From contig NIVC01001385.1 of NCBI GenBank assembly GCA_002269645.1, positions 62,001 to 126,000 on the forward strand: DNA of 64,000 nucleotides. Reading direction: 5' to 3'. The notes under the pieces were generated by a model. The model did not search any database and was not told where the DNA came from. It worked only from the letters and a program-made list of their open reading frames with translations. How positions within the stretch are numbered: the first letter of the stretch is position 1; every line of letters begins with the position of its first letter. A program made the translations under genes and the position numbers. Positions 51,514 to 64,000 of the stretch are shown one piece after another. The DNA is from Macrostomum lignano. Taxonomy: Eukaryota.

Positions 51514-52930
51514 TACTTTAGCTCTCTGGGGGGAAGTCGGGGTTAAGGGAGTCGGGGTTACTGGCTTTTATTTTATTGCTGACACGGATTATTTTAGGAA
51601 TTTCGTAGGATTTGGGGAGAAGTATGCAATTTCTACTACTAGAAGGGGTAAGCCTTAGGTTGCTCCTGGTGGCGTGGTGTCCGAGCGGCAAGACACAGTT
51701 TTCTACTCAGTCCGGGGAATTAAAATAGGGGGGAGTAAGGGCTTCGCGGTGGATTAGAATTGCCTGGCGCGCTAATCGGGAATTCTAGTGGTTAGTAGGG
51801 AATGCTGGCATGAAGAGCAGGTTGCTTCATTGGGAATTAAGTAGCGGAATAGAACGTCTAATATTAAGGGACAATTAGTCGGAAGCAGGCAGTGACTTGG
51901 CGATTACTATGTCTGAGGAAGAGCGGGCGGGCTCCGTGGGACGGCTGTACGTTCAAAAAGGGGGGGGGGGTTTGGACAGGCCCGATCTTTCTGGGGAGCG
52001 CTTGCGGGGAAGGGAGGAGGGGAGCGATCGTACACTTCTCTTATTCAGTGAACCTCGGGAAAAGAAAGGAAAACTGACTAACTCCAATTTCTATTATTAG
52101 AACAAATGTTCATCTAGCACAAGCAGATAGTCAAGGCTAGCGCTCTAATAAAGACACAAGGCCCACAGGATGATTTTTCTACGTATATTTTACTCGCTTA
52201 TATAATATTTCCAGCAAAAATGGCGTACTAATTATAACAATGATTTTCTTACCGTTATCTTTAATAAGGCGAAAAAAGGTTAGTTATACATATTAAGCGC
52301 ATAATATTGTTTGATAAATTTGCAAGTATACTACAAAAAGAAGGCCAATTCATACGCGTAAAATTCGTAGTATACGAGTATTGCGTTACAAAAATATTTG
52401 GCTACTTCAGATGTTTGTTAATCAATTGACCGGCTAAAATTGAATGTATCAATAGACAAGTCAGCCAAAATAGCTCGAATGCAAAAATGCCATTCACAGT
52501 AATGCAACAGTCTCAACAAGATCGCCCAGACTTACCAGCCACACGCTTCCGCTTACGACCATTCTTTTGTTCAGAATCGCTGCATGACAGAGTATGCTGT
52601 AAGGAAGCTTTTTCTCTATGAACTGCAGTTGAATAGTCGTCTGAAAAGGTTCATAGTACTCGTACATTACTAAATAATTTAGGGTCTATCTTAAGTAACT
52701 TAACAAGAGAATATGCAACTTACCGCTACGGAAGATAACTCAAAATTCAGTAAATTCGTCCCATTTATCGGTAGGTGATTTTCCATATAATTTCTTGTAG
52801 TCCCTCGAACGTGGGGGAAAATAAACTACATTTTTTGCCGTGTCCAGCCAGAAATTAGCAATTACAGCGCTCTCTATGAGAGCCGCTCTCTATGCCAACA
52901 AATTTGACAACAAGCCACTTCTTGGTGGCG

Positions 52931-54489
52931 TTAGTATTCATCGGAAGACGACAGTATGGGTATTATCAAAAATCCATTAGAAACTGAAAAGCCACATGCT
53001 TTTTCCATTACATCCGAGGTATTAATACTGAATGGCTGGCTAAGACTGGTCAAACTAACAAAAAAAATTCCCAGCAAGGAGCTAGCAATAGGCACTATAT
53101 AGAAGTCGGACTTTGATTGAAATTGCTTAACAATATACCCTGTTGGTAGACATTCTTGAATCAAGCAGATCTGCCTAGACACGGTTATAATAAAACCATC
53201 CTTTGTATTCGCCTTTAATGAGCTGGGTTGAATCTTGTGCTGCTCATTCAAAGCATTAGTCTGCAGCAGTTCTTGCATTCGATTGTGTAACTTAGCAATA
53301 ACTTGATTGCCACTACAAAGACGGTTCTTTAGAACTTTCAGATAATTTTCAAATCTAAAGGAAGAGAAACTATCGGCAGAGCCAAAAGTAACACAGTCAT
53401 CAGGAAGATGAATAAGGCTATGAGCAATGTTGGTAACAAATCCATCTCCATACAATGATGATGAAGTACTGAAAAAGTTACGCAGAATTTCCTGTGCAGT
53501 GTTGCATTGGCTTTTGCTGATTTGCCACAGAGAAGATGCATAGCAACATGGAAAAGCAGAAAGTGATGATAAAGCTTCTTGGGAACTCTGGCATCTTTCA
53601 GAACCACAATTCCAAAATAAAGACTAAATGATCGATATTCAGTGCCTTTCCAATAACAGAGCTCATTGAATCCACGAGGCCTTCGGGTAAACTCTGATGG
53701 AGTACATTCCTGCAAAGACTTCATGTTTGCTGTCAATTGTTCAATCCATGAATATGGAAGTCGAACAGCATATGCATTTCCCTTAATCCAGAAGTGCATC
53801 ATACGTCGCATCACTCCAAGGTATGCAACATGTAATACATCAAGAGGAAAAGATTTGACCATATCCAGTGCATTGCACTTTAAAAGAGGTGACTCTGAAT
53901 TATGATGGTTTTCATCAGCTTGACTTCGAAATGTTTCATCAGTACGTAATGGAGCATCCAAGTTGGGAAAAATGACACATCTCCTCTTTTCATCATATTC
54001 ACCAACAACATGGCATTTATCACAACTACTATAACTAGTTGGATACTTAGTACACATTAGTAGGCTCCGAGCAGGTGAATCACGAATGAATGCCTTTAGT
54101 TGAATACTATCAATATTGAGAAACAATAAATGATCTGAAGACACACAACTTGTAGATGGGTGATTCAATAAACATTTAACAGTTTCTTGAAAACCAATGT
54201 AATACAATTCCTTTAAAATAAACTTCTGCTGATTTAATTGTGTTTGGAAAAAAAGTTGCTGCTGTTGAAGGAATAGAAGAAAGCTATTTTGCAGCTTTAA
54301 AAGGGAGGTAACATGAACTTGGCAAACATTTGCTTCTATAGTCCAAGCACGCAAATAATCTGCAAATATTTTTGACGTTTGCTCTTCTTGGGAAACACTT
54401 GCTATACCTACTAATTTTTCTAGCAGTGTTTCTTCATCAATCAAAAGAGTATCTGCTGTGTCTATACTATCATTAATATTAAAATTCAA
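52931..54489 (-). pseudogene. CMC/EnSpm transposase (element C), frameshifted and internally deleted; related to element A
   Basis: RDSPARS..SYSSCDKC, FPLDVLHVAYLGV, WKGTEYRSF, HSLIHL, FRFENYL; sequence after the first catalytic Asp (FLNID) is missing; ORF2 remnants at 52500-52900; CCCTAGTCCAAGG terminus with AACGTT repeats at 56702. Confidence 0.85.
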
Positions 54490-56824
54490 ATCACCACTAA
54501 TACTAGCAGTGTATTGTTCAAAAATTTGATCAAACAGATCTAATTGACTTTGAGTTTGAGTATTTTCTATAGTAGATGTTTGCTAATTATATATATATAA
54601 AAAATCAATGTGAAATTTAGGTTTAAAGGCCTATTTTAATATATAACTCATTTCTTTAATTCTTTCTAAAGTAAGACAGAAAATGCTTAACCTTGACATC
54701 TTCCTTAATTTATAAATTGTTATAACTTATATAAGCAAAGAATAAGCAATATATAAGTATTGTTAAATATATAAAATACAATTATAAAACTTCTTAATAA
54801 TAAATCTCAAATATACAACATAAAGCTTTTAGGTATCTAAAAATCTTATGATAAACTATTTTACTTTAGTTTAGAAATATATCCTATTATAAAAATTATA
54901 CTAGGCTTAATTGATAAATAATCATCATTTTAACTTCTAAGCTTTTTAACCCTTCTTAAACAAACTAGACCCTTTAATATTGTATGATCTAGTATTGAAA
55001 TAAACTAATAATAATACTAATAATATTAATAAAATGTTTGTAATATAGATTGATATATGACTAGTTTTATTAGCACTTTCAAAAACAAGCTGCTCTATAA
55101 TATAGCAATAAGAATAGCATAAGAATAGCAATCTAAAGAGATTAATCAAATAGAAAAAGCTCAAATATTGGACATTAAACAAAGAAAATAATGATAGACA
55201 CCATGGGAAATGTGCATTATTCAAGGAAAATAAGGTAAAAAATACTAAAAGGCAATGGGAAAACGACCTCAAAGAATAGGCTAGCTATCGTTGGTTTAAC
55301 ATTTAACAGTAGTGGGAGCTTGCAACACTGGGAGGCACATGCCTATTTTCTCCTAGAAAATATATCCATTCATATATTGCATATAATTTATTGTACCCTT
55401 TTGAATATTTGAGTTTTTAATATTTGAATGCCTAGTAATAAAGCCAGGATAGGCCCATTAGTAATTTTCTTGCTTTTTCTAATTTTAAGCCTTAATTAGT
55501 AGCTTATATGTATTATATAGATTACCTATGCCCCCTTTACCTATGCTTAGTACCCTTCTAAAATATTTGGCTCTGCTGCCCATGTAGACTAGATAGACAA
55601 TAAAGAGGCTAATAAAAAGCAATAAAGGTTGGGTCTAACCATTGGAAATGATAACAAAACCTAGACCAGCTAGTATATAAATGGGAATTCGCAATTGTTG
55701 GCAATGGCTAGAGTTTTGGTACCAGAACCTATTTCTAATAGCTATGTATCTGACAGGGCTTTATAGAATTATATAAAAAGACTATTAAGAATAAGAACAT
55801 ATTTACTTAAGAAGTCTAAATTTGAATATTAGAAGTATTTCATTCTCATTTTGATCTCATCATTGAATCTTTCAGGAACAAAATCTCAATTTACCACCTA
55901 TAGAAAAAATATTGTTTTCCTGTTTTTATATTATAATGGCACTGTGGGATCTGTAGCCATTAAAAAATGGGTTCCAGTGCCAGAACTCTAGCCATTGCCT
56001 GCCATGATGCTTGATGCGAATGGCTATAATAAAGAAAATGGTCTATTAAAGATAGTTTGCAAAGACAACACAGGCAATATTAAAAAACCATACAATTAGC
56101 TATTTTTGTTAGTAACTGGAATTCTGTAATGGACAAAAACTTAACTTAGGATAAGGCCTACTTTGGCTTTAAATGTAAGTCTTTAGGCTTAGTTTAAAGA
56201 ATTAGAGGCTATAATGCCTATATATAAGATCAAATCAAATGTATCATATTTATGCCAGAGAAACTTGCTATCAAGAAAAGATATTGGAAGCTGTCAAGGA
56301 CAAGGACAAGACTAGCAAGTAGCAACATAGCTAGTAGTAGCAACCAGTCTATTAATAATAATAGATCACTACTCACAACACATTAGGCCTAACGTCTAAG
56401 CAACAAGAATCTTAGCAAACAGTTGTATCAGTAGATCAGTGGGTTGAGAATGAAAAAATTCAGTTATTAAAATTATTAGATGCTTGATAAAAAATCAATA
56501 AAAAATGTCTTTGAAGTAAAGCCGTGCTGTCTAAAAATATTCTAATAGCTAAAATAAAATATTTCCTTTTACGCTGCTTATATCAGTAAAGGAAACATTC
56601 CTTTCGTCCGAATAACGTTAGTTTCAAGCAGAATTACTAACGTAAAAAAACTAAGTTCTACCCAAGATCGAACGTTACTCGTAACGTTACCTTGGACTAG
56701 GGTGCAAATCCCCTTGGCGAGTGCACCGCCGGCCACCTGGGGGGCCAACCGGGGGCCCTGGGGGACAATCGCGGAAATGCCGCTGCGTCGCGGAAATGCC
56801 GCTGCCGTGCCGTGCTCATATTAA

Positions 56825-59601
56825 CCCGCCATCGTCATAGTGATATCTGATACTGTATTGACACGTTTATTTAAAAGCTGCACTTATTTAAATGCATCGC
56901 GAAGGAACATGCACTCACATGAGAGATGGGGATGGTAATAAAGAGGAAGAAAAACAAGAGAGAAGAGAGAGGAGAAAGGAATTGGGAAACGATAAGAGGT
57001 CTCGAGGGAGAGAGTGAACCGAATCGTCCGAACCTTCTGACCACTTTAACTGCGCCAGCCGTTTTTCCATTCTGCTCAGGCACGCGTTGACATGTTCGGT
57101 CTTTTTTCCGTTTGCTTAGTATGACACTACGCAGGAGCTTATAGCTACTGGCTGCCAAAAGTATGCCGCCTCGATCGTACCAGGTACAATGTTGTTACGG
57201 CGCACCAGCGTGTCGACTGCCGCTGTCGTTTAGATAAGTAATTAGGTTTCTTGTAGGAAGAGATATATTTGTCAAATATTAAAGATGTGATTGATTTGAA
57301 GGCGGGCTGAGCTGCGGTCTGTACGGGTGCCATAGACTATTAATTGAGTGAGACACAACTGCGTTTGAACTTAAAGCGCAAGGCTGCAAATTAAAGGGAA
57401 ACATTGGAGGATAAGAATCCGACAGATTGGGGGGGGGGGCGGCGCAAAAGGTGCTGAATATGTAACTTTAACCTCTATTTGACTGGAGTTTTAGGCGCTT
57501 ATAACCGTTCCCGACGGATAGGCCGAAAACAGCCATAGACAGTCAAATTTACGATCATAAATTTTGCTGCTACCACCGTTCCCGCCTATAGTCTCGCTTA
57601 AATTTAGGGTCTGTTCGCTAGTTTAATTCATTTATACGGACTGCTTTATATGAGCATTTTACTTTTAGTTTAGTTATGGATCTCATTTACACGTCGGACT
57701 CAGAGGACAATTTTCTCACTGACGACGAGGACGGACCGTTTTATTTTGATGAAGAGCCAGGTGAGGATGGTGACAACGTTGAAAGCGCCAGCAGCTCAGA
57801 TGAGGACGTCGAAATGGAGGAAGAACACGAGTGGCACCAAGCTATCGAAGGGACGGACGACACGGCTGTCCCAGAGTTCATGGGCACCCCAGGTTTTCGG
57901 CCGGACTGGGTACCACCACAATCAGCGAATGGCAGTGAGTCAGAGTTTTTGCACCAATACCTAACCGACGAGCTGTTCGAGAACATTGCAAGGTGGACGA
58001 ACGAACGGGCCTGGAGTTTCGCTCAGGAAAGGTCAGCTGATGAGTTACCAAAGGTTGTGTCTACATGGAAGGATTGCAGTGTTGACGAGGTGAAAAAGCT
58101 GATCGGCATCGTGTTGCTTATGGGCATTGATGACAAGCCGGAGATCAGCTCATACTGGGCAAAGGATCCTGTGTACCACTGCACGTTTCTGGCTCAGCCA
58201 CATTCACTTCGCCACATCCACATTCCTGCCTTCGCTTTTACAGTAGCGCTGGTCCCGCTCCTCAAAGCCCTGTGGACAAAATCTCTCCATTCCTTGCTCT
58301 TGTGCAGCATGCCTGTCGGAACAACTACATGCCCGATCAGAATCTATCAATTGACGAGACTCTGGTCATGTACAGTTTAGGCAGTACATTCCTTCTAAGA
58401 AGAGCAAGTATGGTATCAAGTCATACTGCCTGTGTGAGGCCAAGTCCGGATACCTGTGGAACTTTGCCGTTCACACAACGCAGCAGGAGAATGCCAGGTT
58501 TGGTGCTGGACTGGACTGTGAGGCCCTGTCCTTTAGTGAGCGAGTCGTAGCCGAGCTATGCCGCGACATTCTACATCTTGGCCGTCGCATCTTCACCGAC
58601 AACTGGTTTACATCGTACCGACTGGCTTCGTGGCTACTGGCCCGCGACACCATGCTAACTGGCACCGTGCGCAAAGATCGTGGACCGCCGCCACTGCTGC
58701 AAGACACTAACCTGCACCCTACATCATCAGCATTCGCAAGGTGTGGCAACGTGCTGGCGTGCAAGTTTGTAGACTCCAAGAACAGTGGCAAGAAGACTGT
58801 GTACTTGCTGGACACGGCAGGTAACGCGCAGTGCCACGATGTAGCCCGCATTCGCCCTGGTTGTCAGCAGCAAGTGGTGGCGAAGCCGGTCAGCATCACC
58901 ACGTACAGTCGTTGTATGGGTGGAGTGGACCGCATGGACTCTAACACGAGTCCCTACATAGCTAACCGCAAGTCGCTGCGCTGGTTCAACAAGTTGGCTT
59001 TCCATCTGATTGTGCTGCTTGTCCGCAACGCCTGGATCTTGTACAATTACCACGGCGGCAGCATGTCCTTTCTGCACTTCGTGCGCAAGGCGTTAGATAT
59101 TCTGGTTGCGGAAACCGGTGTTGCCAGACGCCGAGGTCCTCCAGCTGCTCCAGTTGCTGCAGTGCCAACTGGCACAGGTGACGGGCCGCCTGTTGTTCCT
59201 CGACATTCGCCTACTAAGGCGCCCAAAGAAGGAGCCCTGGCCCGACCTCGCAAGCGGTGCAGAATGTGCAAAAAAAGAACCGTCTTTGTCTGCTCCACGT
59301 GTCCAGGGAGGCCAGCTCTGTGCCTTGGCGCGTGCTTTAGTGCCAGCCATACATAAAAAACAATTGTATCGGACACTTCTAACGTGTACGTGTAATCATT
59401 CCTGTTTAGTTTATTAGTTTATACATTTCATTCAGTAAATTACTTCTTGCGTTGTGCATTACTATACTATTATAGTCAACCTCAGTTTACATTAAATGCA
59501 TTGTTTTTCTGCATTAAAAATACACACTCGTTGAGTCTAGCAGCCACAGGAAACTTTTTTTCAGTCAGAACAGTCTCTTGGCACTTGTTTCTTGGCGGCT
59601 G
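56825..59601 (+). mobile_element. piggyBac element; transposase at 57676-59356 with small deletions and frameshifts
   Basis: TTAA then CCCGCCA at 56821; acidic N-terminus, LSIDETL, KYGIKSYCLCE..GYLWNF, FTDNWFTS, MGGVDRMD, C-terminal CRMC..CSTC..C..CF..H; right end uncertain. Confidence 0.88.
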
Positions 59602-62600
59602 TTAATCGACTGTAAACCATTCTACTCTGTGCATGTTACTTTATCATTCTCTATGGGAAACTATCGTTGCCTTATTGGTGTGTTAGATACATAGATGAAG
59701 GAATGAAGTTCTATTGATTATAAATATGGTTATATATAGCAGTCAGTAGTCCTTATACATAATATCTATATGGCCGTTTACGGCCTCTAGTCGTCAGGAA
59801 CGGCTGTGGTAAAAAATCCAACAAATCTGGCCCATAGAGATTGATTTTTTTTATGCCGTCTAGCTTGGAGGTAGACAGAATGGACGAAAACGGCCATCCG
59901 CCTGCCTATGGTTAAGCGATAATATTGATTGAAATTGACATGCTTTAATAATTGCGGTTTGCGTTGCAGATCTGTTAACATTAAATCATACATTGAAGGG
60001 CCTCTTGAAAAGCTGCAATACGCGAAATAATTGGAGGGACAAAGCCGTTCCCGACACTCTGGGGGGGGGGCGGCTAAACAGTCACGAACAACAGAGAGTA
60101 TCAACAGATTCCATATATTTTTGCGAGTCAACTTTATAGGAAGATATAGTGCGCGGGGCCGTTTAGAACGAGGGGACTCAATTTGATTGTGATAAAACGC
60201 TCATTAATAGTCTCGAATGCGCTGTCGACGCTGCGCGCGAAGAGTGCGGGGAGAGACAGTTTCCCTGGCCCCTGGAGGCTGCATTTCGTCGTCTGCGCTG
60301 TTCGTGTCACTTGCATTCCGAGCAGGAAGATCAGCCTCGAGTGGGACCAGGTGGGCGACGGCCCGTTGGGATTCATGCCCGGAACTTGTGCGAACTGTCA
60401 CGTATCGAATGATTCCCTGAGTGTCTGGATGGTTTGCGACAACTCGATACGTCTTCCAGCTTAAGCGAGGCGTGCTGTCAGCGAGAAGGTAAAGCTGACC
60501 GACGCACGGTTAATAGAACTGGCCCCTAAAACAGCGACGGTCCTGTAGATGGGTGGACTGTAGATGTTGCAGATATTCTCGGCGCCAGCGGTTCCAGAAG
60601 GAGTCAAGAATCTCCTTTCTGCGACGGTAGAGGGCACGGAGGCGATCGGCAGTAGATGAACCCGCGGGTGGAGTGAAGTGGTCCGCGTCCGCTGTGCTCG
60701 GTAAGTCCAGTCTGCAATTTGGCGCTACTATGCTGGCTGGGGTCAGAGGGCGTAGGTCCTCGGGATCATTGCTGAGGGCAGTTAAAGGTCGTGAGTTCAG
60801 TTGTGCTTCGACTCTGCACAAAAGCGTTTGCAGCTCGTCGTCACAGATCCGGCGGCGCCACAGTGCGGGGCGAATGCTGGATTTGATAAGAGCGACCATT
60901 CTTTCAACGGTCACTTGGTGCCAAGGCGCGCGAACCGGTGCAAATTTGAAGCGTAGCTGTTTGGCAGCGGCGAAGGGTTGCAGGTCTGGGTATAACTTGT
61001 GCTGGAAGATAGGTGTGAGAAGCGAGCCTATGACTTTGGCGGCGGATTAAAACGCAGGAGCCTGGTCGAGGAAGATGGTACCCTCAGTGAGGCTACGTCG
61101 AGCCAAAAACCGCTCGAAGGCTCGAAGCACGGCATCGCCGGAGTAGTCATTCAGGTACTCCAGATGTACGGCACGGCTTGTAGTGCAAGAGATAACGAGA
61201 GCCCAGCGCTTGGCACTGGCCGCAGTCTTTGGTTCGAATGTATGAATCAGACCCAGCTGGTCGACAAGGATGGAATTGAACGCGGGCTGAGTGAAGTCGA
61301 GGCGCTCAGGAGGTAGCAGGCCAGGTGGTGGGCGCGGCAATGTGGAACCTTTGGCGTTGCGGCAGGGAAGGCAATTCTTAAGAACACCGCGTATCGTAGA
61401 GAGTCCGCGGAGAATCCAGAAACGTTCCCTCAGACGACCGAGGACGGTGCGAGCAGACCACTTCTTGCTCGTGAATGTGTAGAATGAGAAGACGGGTCAG
61501 GTAGCTGTCTGTCGGCATGAGTAGCGGAAAAACGGCGGCGGCATCAAGGGTGGCGTTTGCCATGCGAGACCCTAGTCGGACGTAACCATTTGAGTCCAGA
61601 AAGAGCGCTAGTTGATGAATTATTCGACAGGTCCCAGACCGGTTTGATTGAAGAGCGATTACAACTTCCAAAAAACGGCTAAGTTGAACGAACTTGACCC
61701 AACGGAGCAGAGCAGTTTCGCGCTCCGTTGCGTGAGGAATGCCAGTGATTTTACTGCGTGTCGCGAACCGGACAACATAGGCGGTAGCCCCGAGCAGCGT
61801 AGTGAGGCGGCTAAATCTGGAGATGTCCATGCCACCCGGAGGTAGAGCAACTACCTCTTCCGTGACGGACAAGAGAGCGTTAGTGACAGGCATCTCGGCC
61901 TTGGTGCGCGAGAGCAGTGGAAATGCGTCCAAGTCCGTCGAGTCAATATCGTGTCTTTGCGGAAACCAAGACGGCCAGTCCGTGTACTTTTTGCGGAGGA
62001 ACTCTGGTCCACGATGAAAGTCCGATCGAAGAAGCTGAGAGAGCGTCAGTGGCTTTGTGCAGTGGTCTGCTGGGTTCAGTGCGGTTGGTACATATCGGCG
62101 ATCATTCGTGAGGCCGGAATTCATGATCTCCTGAACGCGGTGACGCTCGTATGGGCGAAGCTTGTCCGATTTGGCATCGCGATGGAGCCAGTAGAGGACT
62201 ATCTGGCTATCGATGTAGTGGGTAATGCTCACGATGTTAAGAGTTGAGGTGAGCATATCTCGAAGGAGTGCTGTAGCACAAGTGGCGACCAGAGCAGCCC
62301 ACAGTTCAATGCGAGGTATAGTAATGTGGAGATGCTTCTTACCAATTGGAACGAGGCGTGCCTTAGCGTAGAGAAGTGTCGCGTTCACATTGTCACCCAC
62401 ATGCTGGTACCATAAATCAAATCATAAACCATAAGCCCTCTGTGAACCATCGCTAAAGATGACCAGTCGGCAGGGCTCCGAGCGATCTGAGACGCAGCGA
62501 CGAGGCAACGTTATACGGTCTATGTTGGCAAAGTCGTCCCGAAGAGTACGCCATGCGTCGACCGTGGCTTCATCAGCGGGTTGGTCCCAGGAATCCCCGG

Positions 62601-62618
62601 CACGGAAAGCCGTGTGGA
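59600..62618 (-). mobile_element. 5'-truncated BEL/Pao retrotransposon (RNase H, integrase, DUF5641-like end, probable 3' LTR)
   Basis: IFSDGSQRAY, LYAKARLVP..TIPRIEL, DSQIVLYW, NPADHCTK, CTTSRAVHLE, RPLT..LRPLTPA, FWNRWRREYL; pol ends at 60204; LTR-like TGTCGGG starts at 60056. Confidence 0.88.
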
Positions 62619-62762
62619 ATAAGGATTATCAATTAAGCAATAGATATATACGAGCACGCATTGTATGAGCATAAGGATTATCAATTAAGCAAAAGATATA
62701 TACGAGCACGCATTGTATGAGCATAAGGATTATCAATTAAGCAATAGATATATACGAGCACG
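62619..62762. repeat. 52-bp tandem repeat, about 2.8 copies
   Basis: ataaggattatcaattaagcaatagatatatacgagcacgcattgtatgagc. Confidence 0.92.
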
Positions 62763-63103
62763 TAAAATGTTAGTTATGCCTAGTACTTGAATTCATGCCG
62801 AATTCCGTTGGCAGGCTGCTCTTAATGGGCCATCCCAGCTTGTCGGCCATCCAGCAGATCTCGAATCTTAGTTGCGCCTGTTGGTAGAACCATCCTGACT
62901 GGGTAATGTCGTGCAGAGCGTACATAACGGCCTTGCGCCAGGCCGCTATGCATTGCTCATGCGTGAAGCTGGCCTGTACGTCCTCGATCGCCGCCTCTGG
63001 CTCTTTAGTTTGAGGCAGGAAGCCCCTCCCATCCACCTTTAGCAGAGCCACGCTGAGCAGGTATGCCTTGAGCTTAATGATGGGCATAAGTGTGTATAAG
63101 TAG

Positions 63104-64000
63104 GTGACGCCAGACGGCCTCTCGGACACCTTCGACATGTCATCCGGAGTGCTCCAGGGGGACACGCTGGCGCCCTTCCTGTTTGTACTGGTTCTGGACT
63201 GGGTGCTGCGGACTGCCCTACCAACAGCCGACGATGGCTTGCTCCTGCAACGCCGTGTGGGCCGCCGCCAGCCAGAGCGTCGCCTCAGCATCCTGGGCTA
63301 CGCCGATGATCTCGCCCTACTGTCCTCAACCGTCGAGGGAGCCCAACGTCAGCTGGACCGTCTGGTTGGCGTTGCTGCGAGCGTCGGCCTGTTGATCAAC
63401 ACGCAAAAGACCGTCGTGCTCACCATGCCCACCAACATCCAAGCCGACATCTACTGCCGAGGCGCTGATGGGCAGGAAACGCTGCTGCCGCGCGTTCAGC
63501 AGTTCGTGTACCTCGGCGGCCTGGTACCTGACGCCTTCGACGACCTGAGGCGTCGCCGTGGACTCGCTTGGGCGGCCTTCAACTCCATGAGAACCGTCCT
63601 GCACTCTGCGGCCCTGCCAGACCGCCAGCGCTCGGCGTTGTTCCAGGCGGTGATCGAGACCGTCGTGCTCTACAAAGCCGAAATATGGACGCTGACGGAG
63701 ACGCTCGAGCGACAGGTCGACGCGGCGCACGCCGGCCTGCTGCGCGCTGCCTTCAAGATCGGCGGCGGCGAGCATGTCACCAACGCGGCGCTGTACGCCC
63801 GAGCTCGCCTGGCCCGCCCCAGCGATCTGCTCCGCCGCCGGCGGCTCCAGCTGGCAGGCCACCTCATCCGCGCTGAGGCGTACTGCCCCGAGCCGGCGCA
63901 GGAGACGCTGCTGCTTGCGCTCCCGGCGCCCTTCCGGCGGGGGCAGGCGCGCACTCGGCGGTATCCGGACTGCCTGCTGGCCGATGCTGGCGCCCCCGAC
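63104..64000 (+). mobile_element. 5'-truncated RTE-type LINE reverse transcriptase, runs off the window end
   Basis: Open frame TPDGLSDTF..GVLQGDTLAPFLF..GYADDLALL..FVYLG..LYKAEIWTLT..RRLQLAGH. Confidence 0.92.

Noticed and set aside
52162-56702. Pairing CCCACAGG (52162) with CCCTAGTCC (56702) as TIRs of element C
   Set aside because: Sequences diverge after CCC and the flanking dinucleotides differ.

Overview
Eukaryotic (animal-like, spliceosomal introns) DNA made almost entirely of nested transposable elements and tandem repeats; no intact ordinary host gene, rRNA or CRISPR array is supportable. CACTA/EnSpm (CMC)-type DNA transposons dominate: three copies have both termini and short TSDs (4504-10451, 13717-21198, 21636-31511) and there are further partial copies. 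Also present are a P-like element with a 7-bp TSD, an internally deleted Tc1, a mariner, a piggyBac, two Gypsy fragments, a BEL/Pao fragment, RTE and CR1-group LINE fragments, tRNA-derived SINEs and microsatellites. The two central CACTA copies interrupt an intron-containing hAT-like transposase gene whose reading frame rejoins across both insertion sites. Most notable: the CACTA element at 21636-31511 carries, upstream of its transposase, a miniature CtIP/Sae2-like gene (CxxC plus short coiled coil, five acidic SETQ repeats, and a C-terminal CxxC-RHR-FW-PxTQ domain), i.e. an apparently captured DNA end-resection factor. All family assignments come from motif recognition by eye and recalled sequences, not database searches.
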